The notes under the pieces are model-generated. The model did no database searches. It saw only the letters and a list, made by a program, of their open reading frames with translations, and was not told the origin of the DNA. From contig CAYZTC010000003.1 in assembly GCA_964481345.1 (NCBI GenBank), positions 6,653 to 70,652 on the forward strand: a DNA stretch of 64,000 nucleotides, read 5' to 3'. Made by a program: the position numbers and the translations under genes. Positions 38,684 through 47,919 of this stretch are shown one piece after another; position 1 is the first letter of the stretch, and each line of letters begins with the position of its first letter. Source of the DNA: an uncultured Candidatus Saccharibacteria bacterium (GTDB taxonomy: Bacteria > Patescibacteriota > Dojkabacteria > SC72 > JAFGCJ01).

Positions 38684-39290
38684 GGTTTAAGACCTTTGCA
38701 CCCCATTTTTGCGCATTAGCAGGACAATAAGTGTAGGCTATTACGAAAGGATTATCTGATCCATATCTTTGAGCAATACTTTTGGTAACAGTATAGATTC
38801 CATGTTCAAAGTTGGTAAATGAGGCACTTCCCCATCCAAATGCGTTATATGGTTTGAAACAGAATACTCCACCAGAAGACTCAACAATAGAGATAGCAGG
38901 TATGAGTCTCCAGTCTATTCCAAAATGGTCTGCAGTTTCTACAATATATTGAGAATGAGTAGACATTGGTGAGTTCCACTTTTTGTAGAAATTTTCTACT
39001 TTTTCTGCTCTTTGTCTTACACTTACAATATCAGAAGTTCTTCCTGAAAAGTCCTTCGACGTTATTGACTGTCCGTCAATATACTCTTTTGAATTTTGAA
39101 CTTGATCATCAATATATGGTGCAGAAATTTCGCCTCTTAGTGGATCTTGTTCAAAAGCGGCATGAACTTCTTGGATTAAGTTGTAGTTTGAAAGAAGCCT
39201 TGAAATTATTAACATGAATAGTGCAAAGCCGGTGACCAGTTTTCTAAGGCTTCCGTTTTTGAATATTCTCTTTTTTAATCTTGATAACAT
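38667..39290 (-). CDS. lysozyme/glucosaminidase-like secreted protein, paralog of 26607
   Basis: DWRLIPAISIVESSGG, YNAFGWG, YCP. Confidence 0.75.
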   Translation of the reverse strand: MLSRLKKRIFKNGSLRKLVTGFALFMLIISRLLSNYNLIQEVHAAFEQDPLRGEISAPYIDDQVQNSKEYIDGQSITSKDFSGRTSDIVSVRQRAEKVENFYKKWNSPMSTHSQYIVETADHFGIDWRLIPAISIVESSGGVFCFKPYNAFGWGSASFTNFEHGIYTVTKSIAQRYGSDNPFVIAYTYCPANAQKWGAKVLNLMNQI

Positions 39291-39432
39291 CTGAGTTATC
39301 AGTTAAATTTATTCCGTAAATTTCAATAGACGTTAAAGATAATAATAAACATCTATTGAAAAACTGGAATAATGTTTTGAAGGCCTATAGTGTAGCAGAT
39401 TATCGGTATAATTTCAATATACAGAAAAGCCT

Positions 39433-40062
39433 GTGGTAATAGTGTTAATTGATGTTTTAACTAGTTTAATAAGTGCTCTTGGATATGTGGGAATTTTTTT
39501 CCCTATGGTACTTGATACATGCTTTGTTCCAGGAATTTCATTTATAGTAATTCCATTATCTGGATTTTTAGTATCTGAAGGAATTTTCAATTTGCATTTA
39601 GTTGCGTTTGTTGGTGCATTTGGAAATACTTTTGGTGCGTTTTGGATGTACTATTTGGGTAAAAAAATATCTGAGGAAAAACTAATCGGGATTATTGGAA
39701 GGTATGGTAAATATATCTTGCTTAAAAAATGTGATTATGTAAATGCAAAAGAATTTCTCACAACCAGCAGCAATATAAAGATTTTCTTGGGGAGGTGGCT
39801 TCCTGCAGTTAGAAATGTGATATCTCTACCGGCGGGTGTTGTCCGTATCAATATGTATTCCTTTTTATTCTTTTCGTTTATAGGGTCTCTTTCTTGGTGC
39901 TATTTACTTGCTGTCTTGGGAAATAATCTGGGAAAAAACTGGGTTGTCGTAAGAGAGTCTATTTCCAAATTTGAAGGAATTATATACCTCATGTTTCTAA
40001 TACTTGTAGGGATATTTGTTTATAAGAGGCTATTTTCAAAGGAGACTTCCTCTAATCATTGA
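39433..40062 (+). CDS. DedA family membrane protein
   Basis: GRWLPAVRNVISLPAG. Confidence 0.9.
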   Translation: MVIVLIDVLTSLISALGYVGIFFPMVLDTCFVPGISFIVIPLSGFLVSEGIFNLHLVAFVGAFGNTFGAFWMYYLGKKISEEKLIGIIGRYGKYILLKKCDYVNAKEFLTTSSNIKIFLGRWLPAVRNVISLPAGVVRINMYSFLFFSFIGSLSWCYLLAVLGNNLGKNWVVVRESISKFEGIIYLMFLILVGIFVYKRLFSKETSSNH

Positions 40063-41580
40063 GGACGGTTGAGTAAGTCCCATTAGTTGAATTATTGTGG
40101 GTGAGATATCACCTAATATCCCTGTTTGTACTGTTATTTTTCGAGTGAAGCCGCGAGGAGGAACAATAATAAATGGTACAGGATTTATGGAATGTTCTGT
40201 GTCAACTTCACCAGTTTGAAGGTTGATCATTTCTTCAATATTTCCATGGTCTGAAGTGATGATAGCTATTCCTCCAAAAGCCGTAACAGCTTTTACTATT
40301 TTTTGAGTGCATCGGTCTACTACCTCCATTGCGAGTAGTCCTGCTTTAATGTTTCCAGTATGTCCTACCATATCTCCGTTTGCTATGTTTACAAGTATGA
40401 AGTCGTAAATATTTAATGAAATTCTTTGGGTGAGGACATCTGTAACCTTAAAGAGTGACATTTCAGGCATTTTGTCATAGGTAGCTACCTTGGGTGATGG
40501 TATTTCTATCCTGTCTTCTCCTTCAAATTTGATGGCTCTTCCACCGTTAAAAAAGTAAGTAACATGGGGGAATTTTTCTGACTCTGAGATTCGAAGTTGT
40601 CTTTTATCTGATTCTGAAATAAGTCTTCCCAGTGGTATATCTATATCGCCTTTTGGAAAAGCGATGTGAATTGGAAAGCCTTTTGCATACTTGGACATCC
40701 CGACGAAGTATAAGTTTTGCATTAGTGGGCCTCTGTCAAACTTATTAAAGTTTGGGTCAATAAATGCCCTAGTAAGTTGGATTGCCCTGTCCGATCTGTA
40801 GTTTAGAAAAATAAAGGAGTCTCCATCTTTGACGCTTGTGTCAATCGGATGATCCAGTATTCTTGGTTTAATAAATTCATCTGTCTCTCCTTTTGAGTAT
40901 GAACTCTTAAGTGACTTTTTCCAGTTTGACTCTTTTGTTCCCTTTTGTTCAGTTAATGCTTTATAAGCAATTTGAGTTCTATCCCATAATTTGTTTCTAT
41001 CCATTGAATAGTATCTTCCGATTATGGTTCCATACATTCCTATTCCTAATTTATGTATCGACTGATCAAGTTGGTTGAAGAAAATAGCGGCTGACTTTGG
41101 AGGTGAATCTCTACCATCTGTAAAGGCATGTATAACTACTGGCTGGGTAACTTCATATCTTTTGGCCATCTCAAGAAATGCAACAAGATGATTTACTGTT
41201 CCATGGACCGATCCCTTGCTAAAGCAAACAGCTACATGTATTGAAGACTTATTCTTTTGAGAATGAGAGAATGCTTTTGCAAACTCTATATTGTTGTAGT
41301 AGCTTCCGTTCTTGATAGACTTGTTTATGCGTGGTAGTGCCTGGTATACAATTTTTCCGGATCCAATATTTAGATGCCCTACCTCGCTGTTTCCTTTTAT
41401 CCCATGTGGAAGTCCCACATATTCTTCTGAAGCAAGTAAGGAAGTATGCGGAAAGCTGCTCCACGCAGATTCCAAAAATGGCGTTTTAGCTTGCTTTACA
41501 ACATTGCCTTTACTGTTTGGTGCAATCCCTATTCCGTCAAGGATGATAAGGACTACTGGCTTGAATTGAGGCAGTCTCAT
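40036..41580 (-). CDS. gpmI: 2,3-bisphosphoglycerate-independent phosphoglycerate mutase
   Basis: LIILDG, GNSEVGH, DGRD, DMVGHTG, SDHGN. Confidence 0.96.
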   Translation of the reverse strand: MRLPQFKPVVLIILDGIGIAPNSKGNVVKQAKTPFLESAWSSFPHTSLLASEEYVGLPHGIKGNSEVGHLNIGSGKIVYQALPRINKSIKNGSYYNNIEFAKAFSHSQKNKSSIHVAVCFSKGSVHGTVNHLVAFLEMAKRYEVTQPVVIHAFTDGRDSPPKSAAIFFNQLDQSIHKLGIGMYGTIIGRYYSMDRNKLWDRTQIAYKALTEQKGTKESNWKKSLKSSYSKGETDEFIKPRILDHPIDTSVKDGDSFIFLNYRSDRAIQLTRAFIDPNFNKFDRGPLMQNLYFVGMSKYAKGFPIHIAFPKGDIDIPLGRLISESDKRQLRISESEKFPHVTYFFNGGRAIKFEGEDRIEIPSPKVATYDKMPEMSLFKVTDVLTQRISLNIYDFILVNIANGDMVGHTGNIKAGLLAMEVVDRCTQKIVKAVTAFGGIAIITSDHGNIEEMINLQTGEVDTEHSINPVPFIIVPPRGFTRKITVQTGILGDISPTIIQLMGLTQPSSMIRGSLL

Positions 41581-41660
41581 GTTAATATCTTATCACGAGA
41601 CGTATTTTTCGTGTATCATGTAATTGACTGATATTAGTTATTAATGTAATATTTGCGCCG

Positions 41661-42203
41661 ATGGATGAGCAATTTATAAAGAAAATTGAAGATAAATATA
41701 TCAAAGTAGACAAAAAGATCAGATCTGGTGATACCGTGAAAGTTCATTTGAAGATTACTGAAGCAGGAAAGGAAAGAACTCAGATATTTGATGGGGTCGT
41801 TCTTGCTATTAATGGCAAAGGTATATCAAGGTCAATCACTGTGAGAAAGATTAGTAGTGGTGTGGGAGTTGAAAGGATATTTCCCGTAAATTCTACTCAG
41901 ATTAAAAAAATCGAAATAATAGAAAAGGGTGAATCAAGAAGGGCGAAGCTTTACTATATGAGGAAAAGGGTTGGAAAGAGATCTCTGGATGTACAAATTG
42001 ATGAGGAGTTTAAGGGAGAGGTCGAAGTGGAGTCTGAAAACTCTACTATACCTGTGACTGCCCCGCAAAGTGGGACAAAGCAGCCGAAGTCAGGTTTTAC
42101 GAAAAAGACAGGTGCAGAAAAACCCAAGGATAAAACCAAAAAGGTTAAAAATAAACCTGCCAAAGGGGGAAATTCGGCTCTGTCTGTGACTACGTCGAAA
42201 TAG
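41661..42203 (+). CDS. rplS: 50S ribosomal protein L19 with long C-terminal tail
   Basis: GDTVKVH, TVRKISSGVGVERIFP, RRAKLYY. Confidence 0.96.
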   Translation: MDEQFIKKIEDKYIKVDKKIRSGDTVKVHLKITEAGKERTQIFDGVVLAINGKGISRSITVRKISSGVGVERIFPVNSTQIKKIEIIEKGESRRAKLYYMRKRVGKRSLDVQIDEEFKGEVEVESENSTIPVTAPQSGTKQPKSGFTKKTGAEKPKDKTKKVKNKPAKGGNSALSVTTSK

Positions 42204-42241
42204 AGATTTATTAAAAAGATGATATAAAACTAATCCAAACT

Positions 42242-42877
42242 ATGTTCATTCCTCATGATACTTTTCAAATTGAGAGAAGGGTAATTAGTGAAGGAAAAAT
42301 TATTGCTGGGGTCGATGAGGTCGGTAGAGGTAGTATCGCTGGACCAGTTTATGCTGCAGTTGTACTTGTATCCTCTAAGGATCAGTATATTCCAGAGGTG
42401 AAAGATAGCAAGTTGCTCTCTAGGAAGAAAAGGGAAAGGTTATTTAATGAGATAAAGTTGAAGTGTTTGGAGTATTCAGTCGGATCTGCAAGTGAAAAAG
42501 AGGTAGATCAGATGGGTATTGGAAATGCAACTGCTCGTGCAATGGAGAGAGCATATATGAAGCTAAAGAATAAGCCAGATGAAGTGATTGTAGATGGCGC
42601 ATCAATTACAAAGCCGAATATCACATGTACTATGATAAGAGGTGGAGATTTGCTTCACTACTCTATTTCGGCGGCTTCAATTATTGCAAAGGTTACAAGA
42701 GATAGGTATATGTATAGAATTGCAATGAAATATCCAAGTTACGGTATGGATCATAATGTAGGATACGGTACACTTGAACACAGAAATGCAGTAGAGAAGT
42801 ATGGAGTGTTGGATATTCACAGAAAGACATTTTCACCTATTAAGAATATGGTAGGAGCTGAACAGGAGCGGAAATAG
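42242..42877 (+). CDS. rnhB: ribonuclease HII
   Basis: GVDEVGRG, DSK, SAASIIAKVTRD, HRKTF. Confidence 0.96.
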   Translation: MFIPHDTFQIERRVISEGKIIAGVDEVGRGSIAGPVYAAVVLVSSKDQYIPEVKDSKLLSRKKRERLFNEIKLKCLEYSVGSASEKEVDQMGIGNATARAMERAYMKLKNKPDEVIVDGASITKPNITCTMIRGGDLLHYSISAASIIAKVTRDRYMYRIAMKYPSYGMDHNVGYGTLEHRNAVEKYGVLDIHRKTFSPIKNMVGAEQERK

Positions 42878-42934
42878 TATTATTGTGGGATTCACGGAAA
42901 CACCGTTATAGAAGCAAAACACCAGTCTGGAGAC

Positions 42935-42963
42935 TTGACATTTATAGTCTAAAATAGTAATAT
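42935..42963 (+). promoter_or_regulatory. sigma70 promoter for a candidate small RNA
   Basis: TTGACA-17-TAATAT. Confidence 0.65.
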
Positions 42964-42969
42964 GTCTTT

Positions 42970-43026
42970 ATCACGATGGGGGAACTACCAAAGGGTTTCG
43001 TCCCGAGGGAATGTCTCCCTTTTTTT
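42970..43026 (+). ncRNA. candidate ~55-nt small RNA convergent with the NYN gene
   Basis: promoter, outer stem GGGGGA/TCTCCC, inner GGG-TTTCGT-CCC, T7 tract. Confidence 0.5.
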
Positions 43027-43534
43027 ATCCTTTGACACTCAATTTCTTTTTATACTCTACTTTCTTCCTAAATTGCTGAACACTAACAATATATTTTGCA
43101 TATTTTCTAAGAAGTGAGGAATATTTGTGATTCGGTGTAATTATCTTTCCAAGTTTGCCTTTGTCTTCAAGAAATTCTACTAGGCAATAAAAATCACCAT
43201 CCCCGGTAGCGATTATCGCTTTCTCATATTCTTTAAAGTGAATCATCGTATGAAGAACTAGTTCGGCATCGACATTTCCCTTGATAACCTTTTTCCTACC
43301 TTTTTTAAATTCTAGAGTTGGCTTAAAGATAAGGATGTACTCTGATTCTTGAAGGAATGTGTACAATTTTTCGTTTCCAGGGACATGACCGATGAATAAA
43401 TATGCTCTTGTCACTTTATACTTGTCTCGCAGATATGTTCGCAATTTTTTGAAATCGAGTGTCCAGCCAGCAGCTTTGACTCCAAGGTTGAGGTTCTGAG
43501 AATCTATAAAAGCATAAACCTTTTGTTCCTTCAT
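43025..43534 (-). CDS. NYN domain (LabA/DUF88, PIN-like) ribonuclease
   Basis: AFIDSQNL, KGNVDAEL, TGDGDF acidic motifs. Confidence 0.9.
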   Translation of the reverse strand: MKEQKVYAFIDSQNLNLGVKAAGWTLDFKKLRTYLRDKYKVTRAYLFIGHVPGNEKLYTFLQESEYILIFKPTLEFKKGRKKVIKGNVDAELVLHTMIHFKEYEKAIIATGDGDFYCLVEFLEDKGKLGKIITPNHKYSSLLRKYAKYIVSVQQFRKKVEYKKKLSVKG

Positions 43535-43640
43535 ACTTCGAAGTATGTAATTAATGGCTTATTAATCATACACGGTGAAGAGATTTAAGTCGAAATTGTA
43601 ATGAAATAATCAGGCTAACGCTCAATATTTAATAAAAAAA

Positions 43641-43811
43641 CTACTTCTTATCTTCTTTCTGAAAATAGACAAGTCCTTTCTTTTGTCTCTTGGCCTCTTT
43701 AAACGCCTCCCTTAGCTCCTCAACAGTATTAGCTCGACCTTCCTTCATTGCCTGACAGATAGGACAATCATCGAAATATTTCCAATCATTATCGCCTTTT
43801 TTGCTGTTCAT
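43641..43811 (-). CDS. small CxxC protein
   Basis: FDDCPICQAMK; ATG 43811 lies 7 nt after TAGTAT. Confidence 0.65.
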   Translation of the reverse strand: MNSKKGDNDWKYFDDCPICQAMKEGRANTVEELREAFKEAKRQKKGLVYFQKEDKK

Positions 43812-44026
43812 AATGTTAATACTACGCACCAAAGATTAAGAAATCATTAAATATTGCAATAACTGTAATTGAAATAGTTACGGATTTAGTAGTATTATAT
43901 ATCTAGACTGCTCTATCAATATTTGTTACTATTGCCCGGTTTCCTTCTTTCCCGTAGAGAGGGGCTGGTAGTGTGTTCTGTTAAATAGTAATAGTTGTTA
44001 TAAAGTTCTTTCAACACTCAATGTCC

Positions 44027-44102
44027 GGGCCGCTAGCTCAATTGGCAGAGCAACTGGCTTTTAACCAGTAGGTTCAGGGTTCGATTCCCTGGCGGCTCAC
44101 CA
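44027..44102 (+). tRNA. tRNA-Lys(TTT), CCA encoded
   Basis: GGGCCGC/GCGGCTC, ACTGG-CTTTTAA-CCAGT, GGTTCGATTCC. Confidence 0.96.
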
Positions 44103-44755
44103 TGTGAAAATTAAAGAGAAAAAAGTGTATAAAGAAATAGAAATTATTATGGTGTAAAATTGTAGGGATAAATGGAAATATTGTGAAATAGTTATGAAAC
44201 TAATTTTTTAACAAATAATCATGAAAGACAAAACTCAGGTTGTGATAAATATTCTTTATGCCTTGATAGCATCGTTTATTCTTGTATTACTTACAATTCT
44301 TGCTCCTAGCAGTTTTCCAGAAATAGAAGGGAGAATGTTCCTTGTTTTCCTGCTTGGCTTTGGCGGTGCATTTATGGTGCTGGGGTTTATATTGGCAATT
44401 CTCGCCAGAAAGTGGGTTAAAAATAAAAGACTTAAAACATTCCTTATGCTTGCAGGTTTTTCATCTGGATCCTTTTTGATATTAAGCGTTCTTCACAACG
44501 TATTCTATGGTGTAGCAGAAGTGTTTGAGGATATTGTTATTATACGGTACATAGCAACCGTACTTGAGGTGGTTTCATTTCTTGCTTCGATTATTGTTGT
44601 CCCAATTACGTTTTTGGTTGGAGTGGTTGGAAGCCTCGTGGTACATTTCAAAGGAAGGCCGAATGAAAGTTAACCAGATAAGCTAGGCTCTTCAATTCTC
44701 TCACCAGAGTCACAACTAAGTTCATCTCTCTCACTAATTCCCTAGCGGCTCACCA
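44084..44755 (+). mobile_element. tRNA-Lys-integrated islet bounded by att-like direct repeats
   Basis: ATTCCCTGGCGGCTCACCA (44084-44102) vs ATTCCCTAGCGGCTCACCA (44737-44755), 18/19 identical. Confidence 0.65.
44221..44673 (+). CDS. four-TM membrane protein
   Basis: four hydrophobic helices, LHN motif. Confidence 0.75.
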   Translation: MKDKTQVVINILYALIASFILVLLTILAPSSFPEIEGRMFLVFLLGFGGAFMVLGFILAILARKWVKNKRLKTFLMLAGFSSGSFLILSVLHNVFYGVAEVFEDIVIIRYIATVLEVVSFLASIIVVPITFLVGVVGSLVVHFKGRPNES

Positions 44756-44786
44756 CCATCTCAACCTGTTCTGATATAATCACACC

Positions 44787-45488
44787 ATGTTTCCTATAGT
44801 AGGAGCCATGACTGAAAAATCGGATACGGAATTTAAGGAAAAGCATAGGAAAAATATTCTTGCAGTAAAAGCCTCAGGTTTATTTTCAAAATTTCCAGTG
44901 TTTGAAGGATTTGTTCCTATTAATAGACACGATTTTCGGCCAGAAATTCTTGAAAATGGAGTATGGGCAAGAAGAGATGATTTAGAAAGTAACTTTGATT
45001 ATAAGCAGCCTATTGTATACAGTATAATACGATGTACTAATACTGATCGTTTCTTAACTTATCTTCGGTCTTCTGATTCCAAGCAATATGATGAGTCACG
45101 ACTTCTTGGTAAGCTATCTGTTGGTGCTGGAGGGCATATTGATTATGAGGATATAAATGCAATAAATAATGATTATCCCGATGTTCTCTCTGTAAGTGCA
45201 TATAAAGAACTCTTACAAGAATTTGATATTAATTTGAAGGATCGACGAAATTGTATTGAGTATGTTGGTTTTGTTCATACGCAGTGTGATGAAGTGAATA
45301 GTGTTCATTTTGGAGTTGTTGCTATTGTAAATATCGAAGATGAAGATCTAATAAAAATAAATTCAGAGGCCCAGGGGTGTGTATTTAAGACAGCTGATGA
45401 AATGTTGAATATGTTAAAGGATGAAAAGATTAGTACTGAACCTTGGACTCGAATAGTAGCAAATACTTATATTTCTGAGTTTTGTTAA
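44787..45488 (+). CDS. Nudix-like predicted phosphoesterase (COG4112/YmaB-like)
   Basis: YKQPIVY, ESRL..KLSVGAGGHID, ELLQE, VHFG. Confidence 0.75.
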   Translation: MFPIVGAMTEKSDTEFKEKHRKNILAVKASGLFSKFPVFEGFVPINRHDFRPEILENGVWARRDDLESNFDYKQPIVYSIIRCTNTDRFLTYLRSSDSKQYDESRLLGKLSVGAGGHIDYEDINAINNDYPDVLSVSAYKELLQEFDINLKDRRNCIEYVGFVHTQCDEVNSVHFGVVAIVNIEDEDLIKINSEAQGCVFKTADEMLNMLKDEKISTEPWTRIVANTYISEFC

Positions 45489-46060
45489 TGAACTTCGTGA
45501 ACTATCCCTACATCATGCTTATGAAGGCTGGGCCGTATTGTGGGTACAGTCTTGATGAGATAATTGATATTAAACAGAAGGAAGAGAAGAATATTAGCAA
45601 GTTTTTCTGGGGATACAGCGGGGTATTTTGTAGACCTCATGTGGTGCAGAACTTCGTTACTTAAGCGCTAAATAATAAAGCTAAACCTACCCTATTATTT
45701 ACTGAAACAAAGTCTTCTTACACTACAGATAAAGTCGATAGATTTACAGAGTATTCAACCGATAATTCAAAATGGCTAAAACTCCCTGATGAAGTTTTAT
45801 TGGTTGGGAACAAGTCCAACCATCATTTTGCTATTACCGCGACAAAATTAAAGAATGCTGATATGACGTTAAATTTAAGTGATTATTGTGTACTAAGAGG
45901 AATGTTTCCGGATAAGGACAATTATTTGGATAAGTATTTTAGGTACAGAGTGGATAAGGCATGTGCCGTTTACTCTCCAAGAAAGAATTCAGGTAAAAAG
46001 AACATAAATATTTCATACTCGTGCATTTTAACTAAGCCATACAGTGTTTACGTTAGATGA
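45488..46060 (+). pseudogene. hypothetical gene interrupted by one in-frame TAA (45662-45664)
   Basis: ORFs 45482-45664 and 45800-46060 share a frame and the gap is open; about 190 aa if read through. Confidence 0.75.
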
Positions 46061-46103
46061 ATTTGTCTGCTAAACTGAATTAATAAGTTTACTGCCCATA
46101 ATA

Positions 46104-46739
46104 ATGCCTAAAAAAAGTTTAGTAATAGTTATAATTATTGGAGTGGTGTTTTTGGGTGGTGCAGTCTACTTAGGATATAGAGCTGGATGGTTTGATGAGA
46201 TATTTGGAGATGGAGTGACAAATGAGGCCGCTACTACAGAAAATCTTGATGAGGAATCAGATGATGAAGAAACTGATAGTTGGATTATACCTTGCCAGTC
46301 TACAGCTGACTCCCCCGTTGAAGACAGTATTTCTGGATACGATATTCGAGTCTATGTTGCAGAAATACCTGAAGATTATCTGTCGTATTCTATGTTAGAT
46401 GACAGTGACAGCAGAACGTTCTCTCTTTCTGAATTTGAGAATACATCTCAGGTTGAGCCTGCTTACAGCGCATTTGTTAATTTAAGTACAGATGATGATA
46501 GAGAAGAGTTTGGAATAGAGGTGAGTTCTCAGCTATGCAATGAAAATAATATGACAAATCGCAGTTTACAGGTAAGTTCTCATGCTCTAGAAAATGAAAG
46601 AGCTGGTGTTACTGGCTATTTGCATGGGACGCAGTACTACATACCAACAGAGCCAGGTAATTATAGGTTTGATGGTTATGTGTATTTAGGTGATGACTGG
46701 CATTTAGTGGGACAGATAGACTTAGTGTTTGTTGAGTAG
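46104..46739 (+). CDS. membrane-anchored acidic hypothetical protein
   Basis: N-terminal TM helix, PGNYRFDGY Ig-like strand. Confidence 0.7.
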   Translation: MPKKSLVIVIIIGVVFLGGAVYLGYRAGWFDEIFGDGVTNEAATTENLDEESDDEETDSWIIPCQSTADSPVEDSISGYDIRVYVAEIPEDYLSYSMLDDSDSRTFSLSEFENTSQVEPAYSAFVNLSTDDDREEFGIEVSSQLCNENNMTNRSLQVSSHALENERAGVTGYLHGTQYYIPTEPGNYRFDGYVYLGDDWHLVGQIDLVFVE

Positions 46740-46810
46740 ATATTGAAAATAAATTGACCCTATAATATAATTAAAGTAGTTGCCCATAACTAAGTTATTA
46801 TAATAACGTT

Positions 46811-47386
46811 ATGGATAATATTCCAGAGAAACCTCAACAAAACGAAAGTGAACCATTAAATGAAAAGAATGTTACACCTGAGCAAATTCTATCAATAAAC
46901 GATTTCGTGGGAATTGAAATTCCACGTGTTGAGGAATTGCCAAGATTAGCTATGTCTGAACAATCCTCTTATAAGCGAGGAGATGATTCTAATAAGATTT
47001 ACTTTCTTTTATCTTGTGGTATTAATTTACCTGAAGACTGGTACGAATTAAAAGGAGGTATTGTTCCTAATCCGGAGTTCCATGCTGAAATTGTAACGAC
47101 TACAATTATAATGAATCATATGAAACATGTATTCTGGTTAATTGAGAAAAAAATTCCTCGAGAAAAATTAGAGAAAGCAATAGCTTTTCATTCTCAGTGG
47201 CTGATAAATAAAAGAATTAATAGAGATAATTTAAGGGACCCTGACGTTGCAGAAGAGTTTAGAAATACAGAGATGGCAATAAAAAGTGTGGGTACTTTAT
47301 GTAATGCCCGAGCTCAGGTTTCTCCAATGGAGCTAAGGGAATTAGTAGTATTGGTTATTAATTCCTTTAAGACGAGAGAGGCTTAG
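46811..47386 (+). CDS. hypothetical protein
   Basis: 191-aa ORF; TTGAAA-17-TATAAT at 46743-46771. Confidence 0.65.
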   Translation: MDNIPEKPQQNESEPLNEKNVTPEQILSINDFVGIEIPRVEELPRLAMSEQSSYKRGDDSNKIYFLLSCGINLPEDWYELKGGIVPNPEFHAEIVTTTIIMNHMKHVFWLIEKKIPREKLEKAIAFHSQWLINKRINRDNLRDPDVAEEFRNTEMAIKSVGTLCNARAQVSPMELRELVVLVINSFKTREA

Positions 47387-47461
47387 CCTGCTGGAATGGA
47401 ACAGACCTAAAAGTCATAGGAGTAGAAATTAGAGGTATTTCAGATCTGCTATACTTTGTGA

Positions 47462-47911
47462 ATGGAAAATGCAATTTATCTTTTTCAGAAAACTATTTCC
47501 TCCATGAAAAATAAACAGGAGGATCTTCGTGAGAGTATACATAAAAGTAGTTTTACAGGGTCTAGTACAAGAATGCTTAATCCAGATAGAGTTTCTAAGT
47601 TTATTAAACTCTGGAAGATTGAAAGTTTATTAAGTAAATCGAGACGGCTTTCTGAACCTAATCGAAACAGTTGTACGCAGGTGGGCCATAGAGTGACAAT
47701 GATTAGTCAGGATAATAAAGAAATAATAGTGCATTTATGTTCAAAATTGGATGTAATGTATTGTACAGGTATAAACAAATTATCAGGGCGACTCTTGTCT
47801 ATTGAAAGTCCATTTGGAAAACTTCTTCTTGGAAAGAGAGTTGATGGTAACATTCAATTCGATCAGCAAAACTTCAAAATTACTGAAATTGAAGTGTCTG
47901 AGTACGTCTGA
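47462..47911 (+). CDS. GreA/GreB-family C-terminal domain protein
   Basis: VGHRVT, LSIESPFGKLLLGKRV, KITEI. Confidence 0.7.
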   Translation: MENAIYLFQKTISSMKNKQEDLRESIHKSSFTGSSTRMLNPDRVSKFIKLWKIESLLSKSRRLSEPNRNSCTQVGHRVTMISQDNKEIIVHLCSKLDVMYCTGINKLSGRLLSIESPFGKLLLGKRVDGNIQFDQQNFKITEIEVSEYV

Positions 47912-47919
47912 CATTGGTT

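Noticed and set aside
42970-43026. Fluoride riboswitch or hammerhead ribozyme
   Set aside because: GATGG and GACGAAAC fragments are present, but the fluoride pseudoknot and the hammerhead CTGANGA core are not
6470-44028. TCAATGTCCGG shared between 6470 and the tRNA-Lys leader
   Set aside because: A single 11-mer match is expected by chance in 64 kb
45662-45664. Stop-codon reassignment
   Set aside because: TAA, TAG and TGA all end conserved genes in this window; this is a single lesion
46784-46814. Integron attC site
   Set aside because: AAC...GTT ends are present, but 31 bp is too short, it is not repeated, and there is no intI
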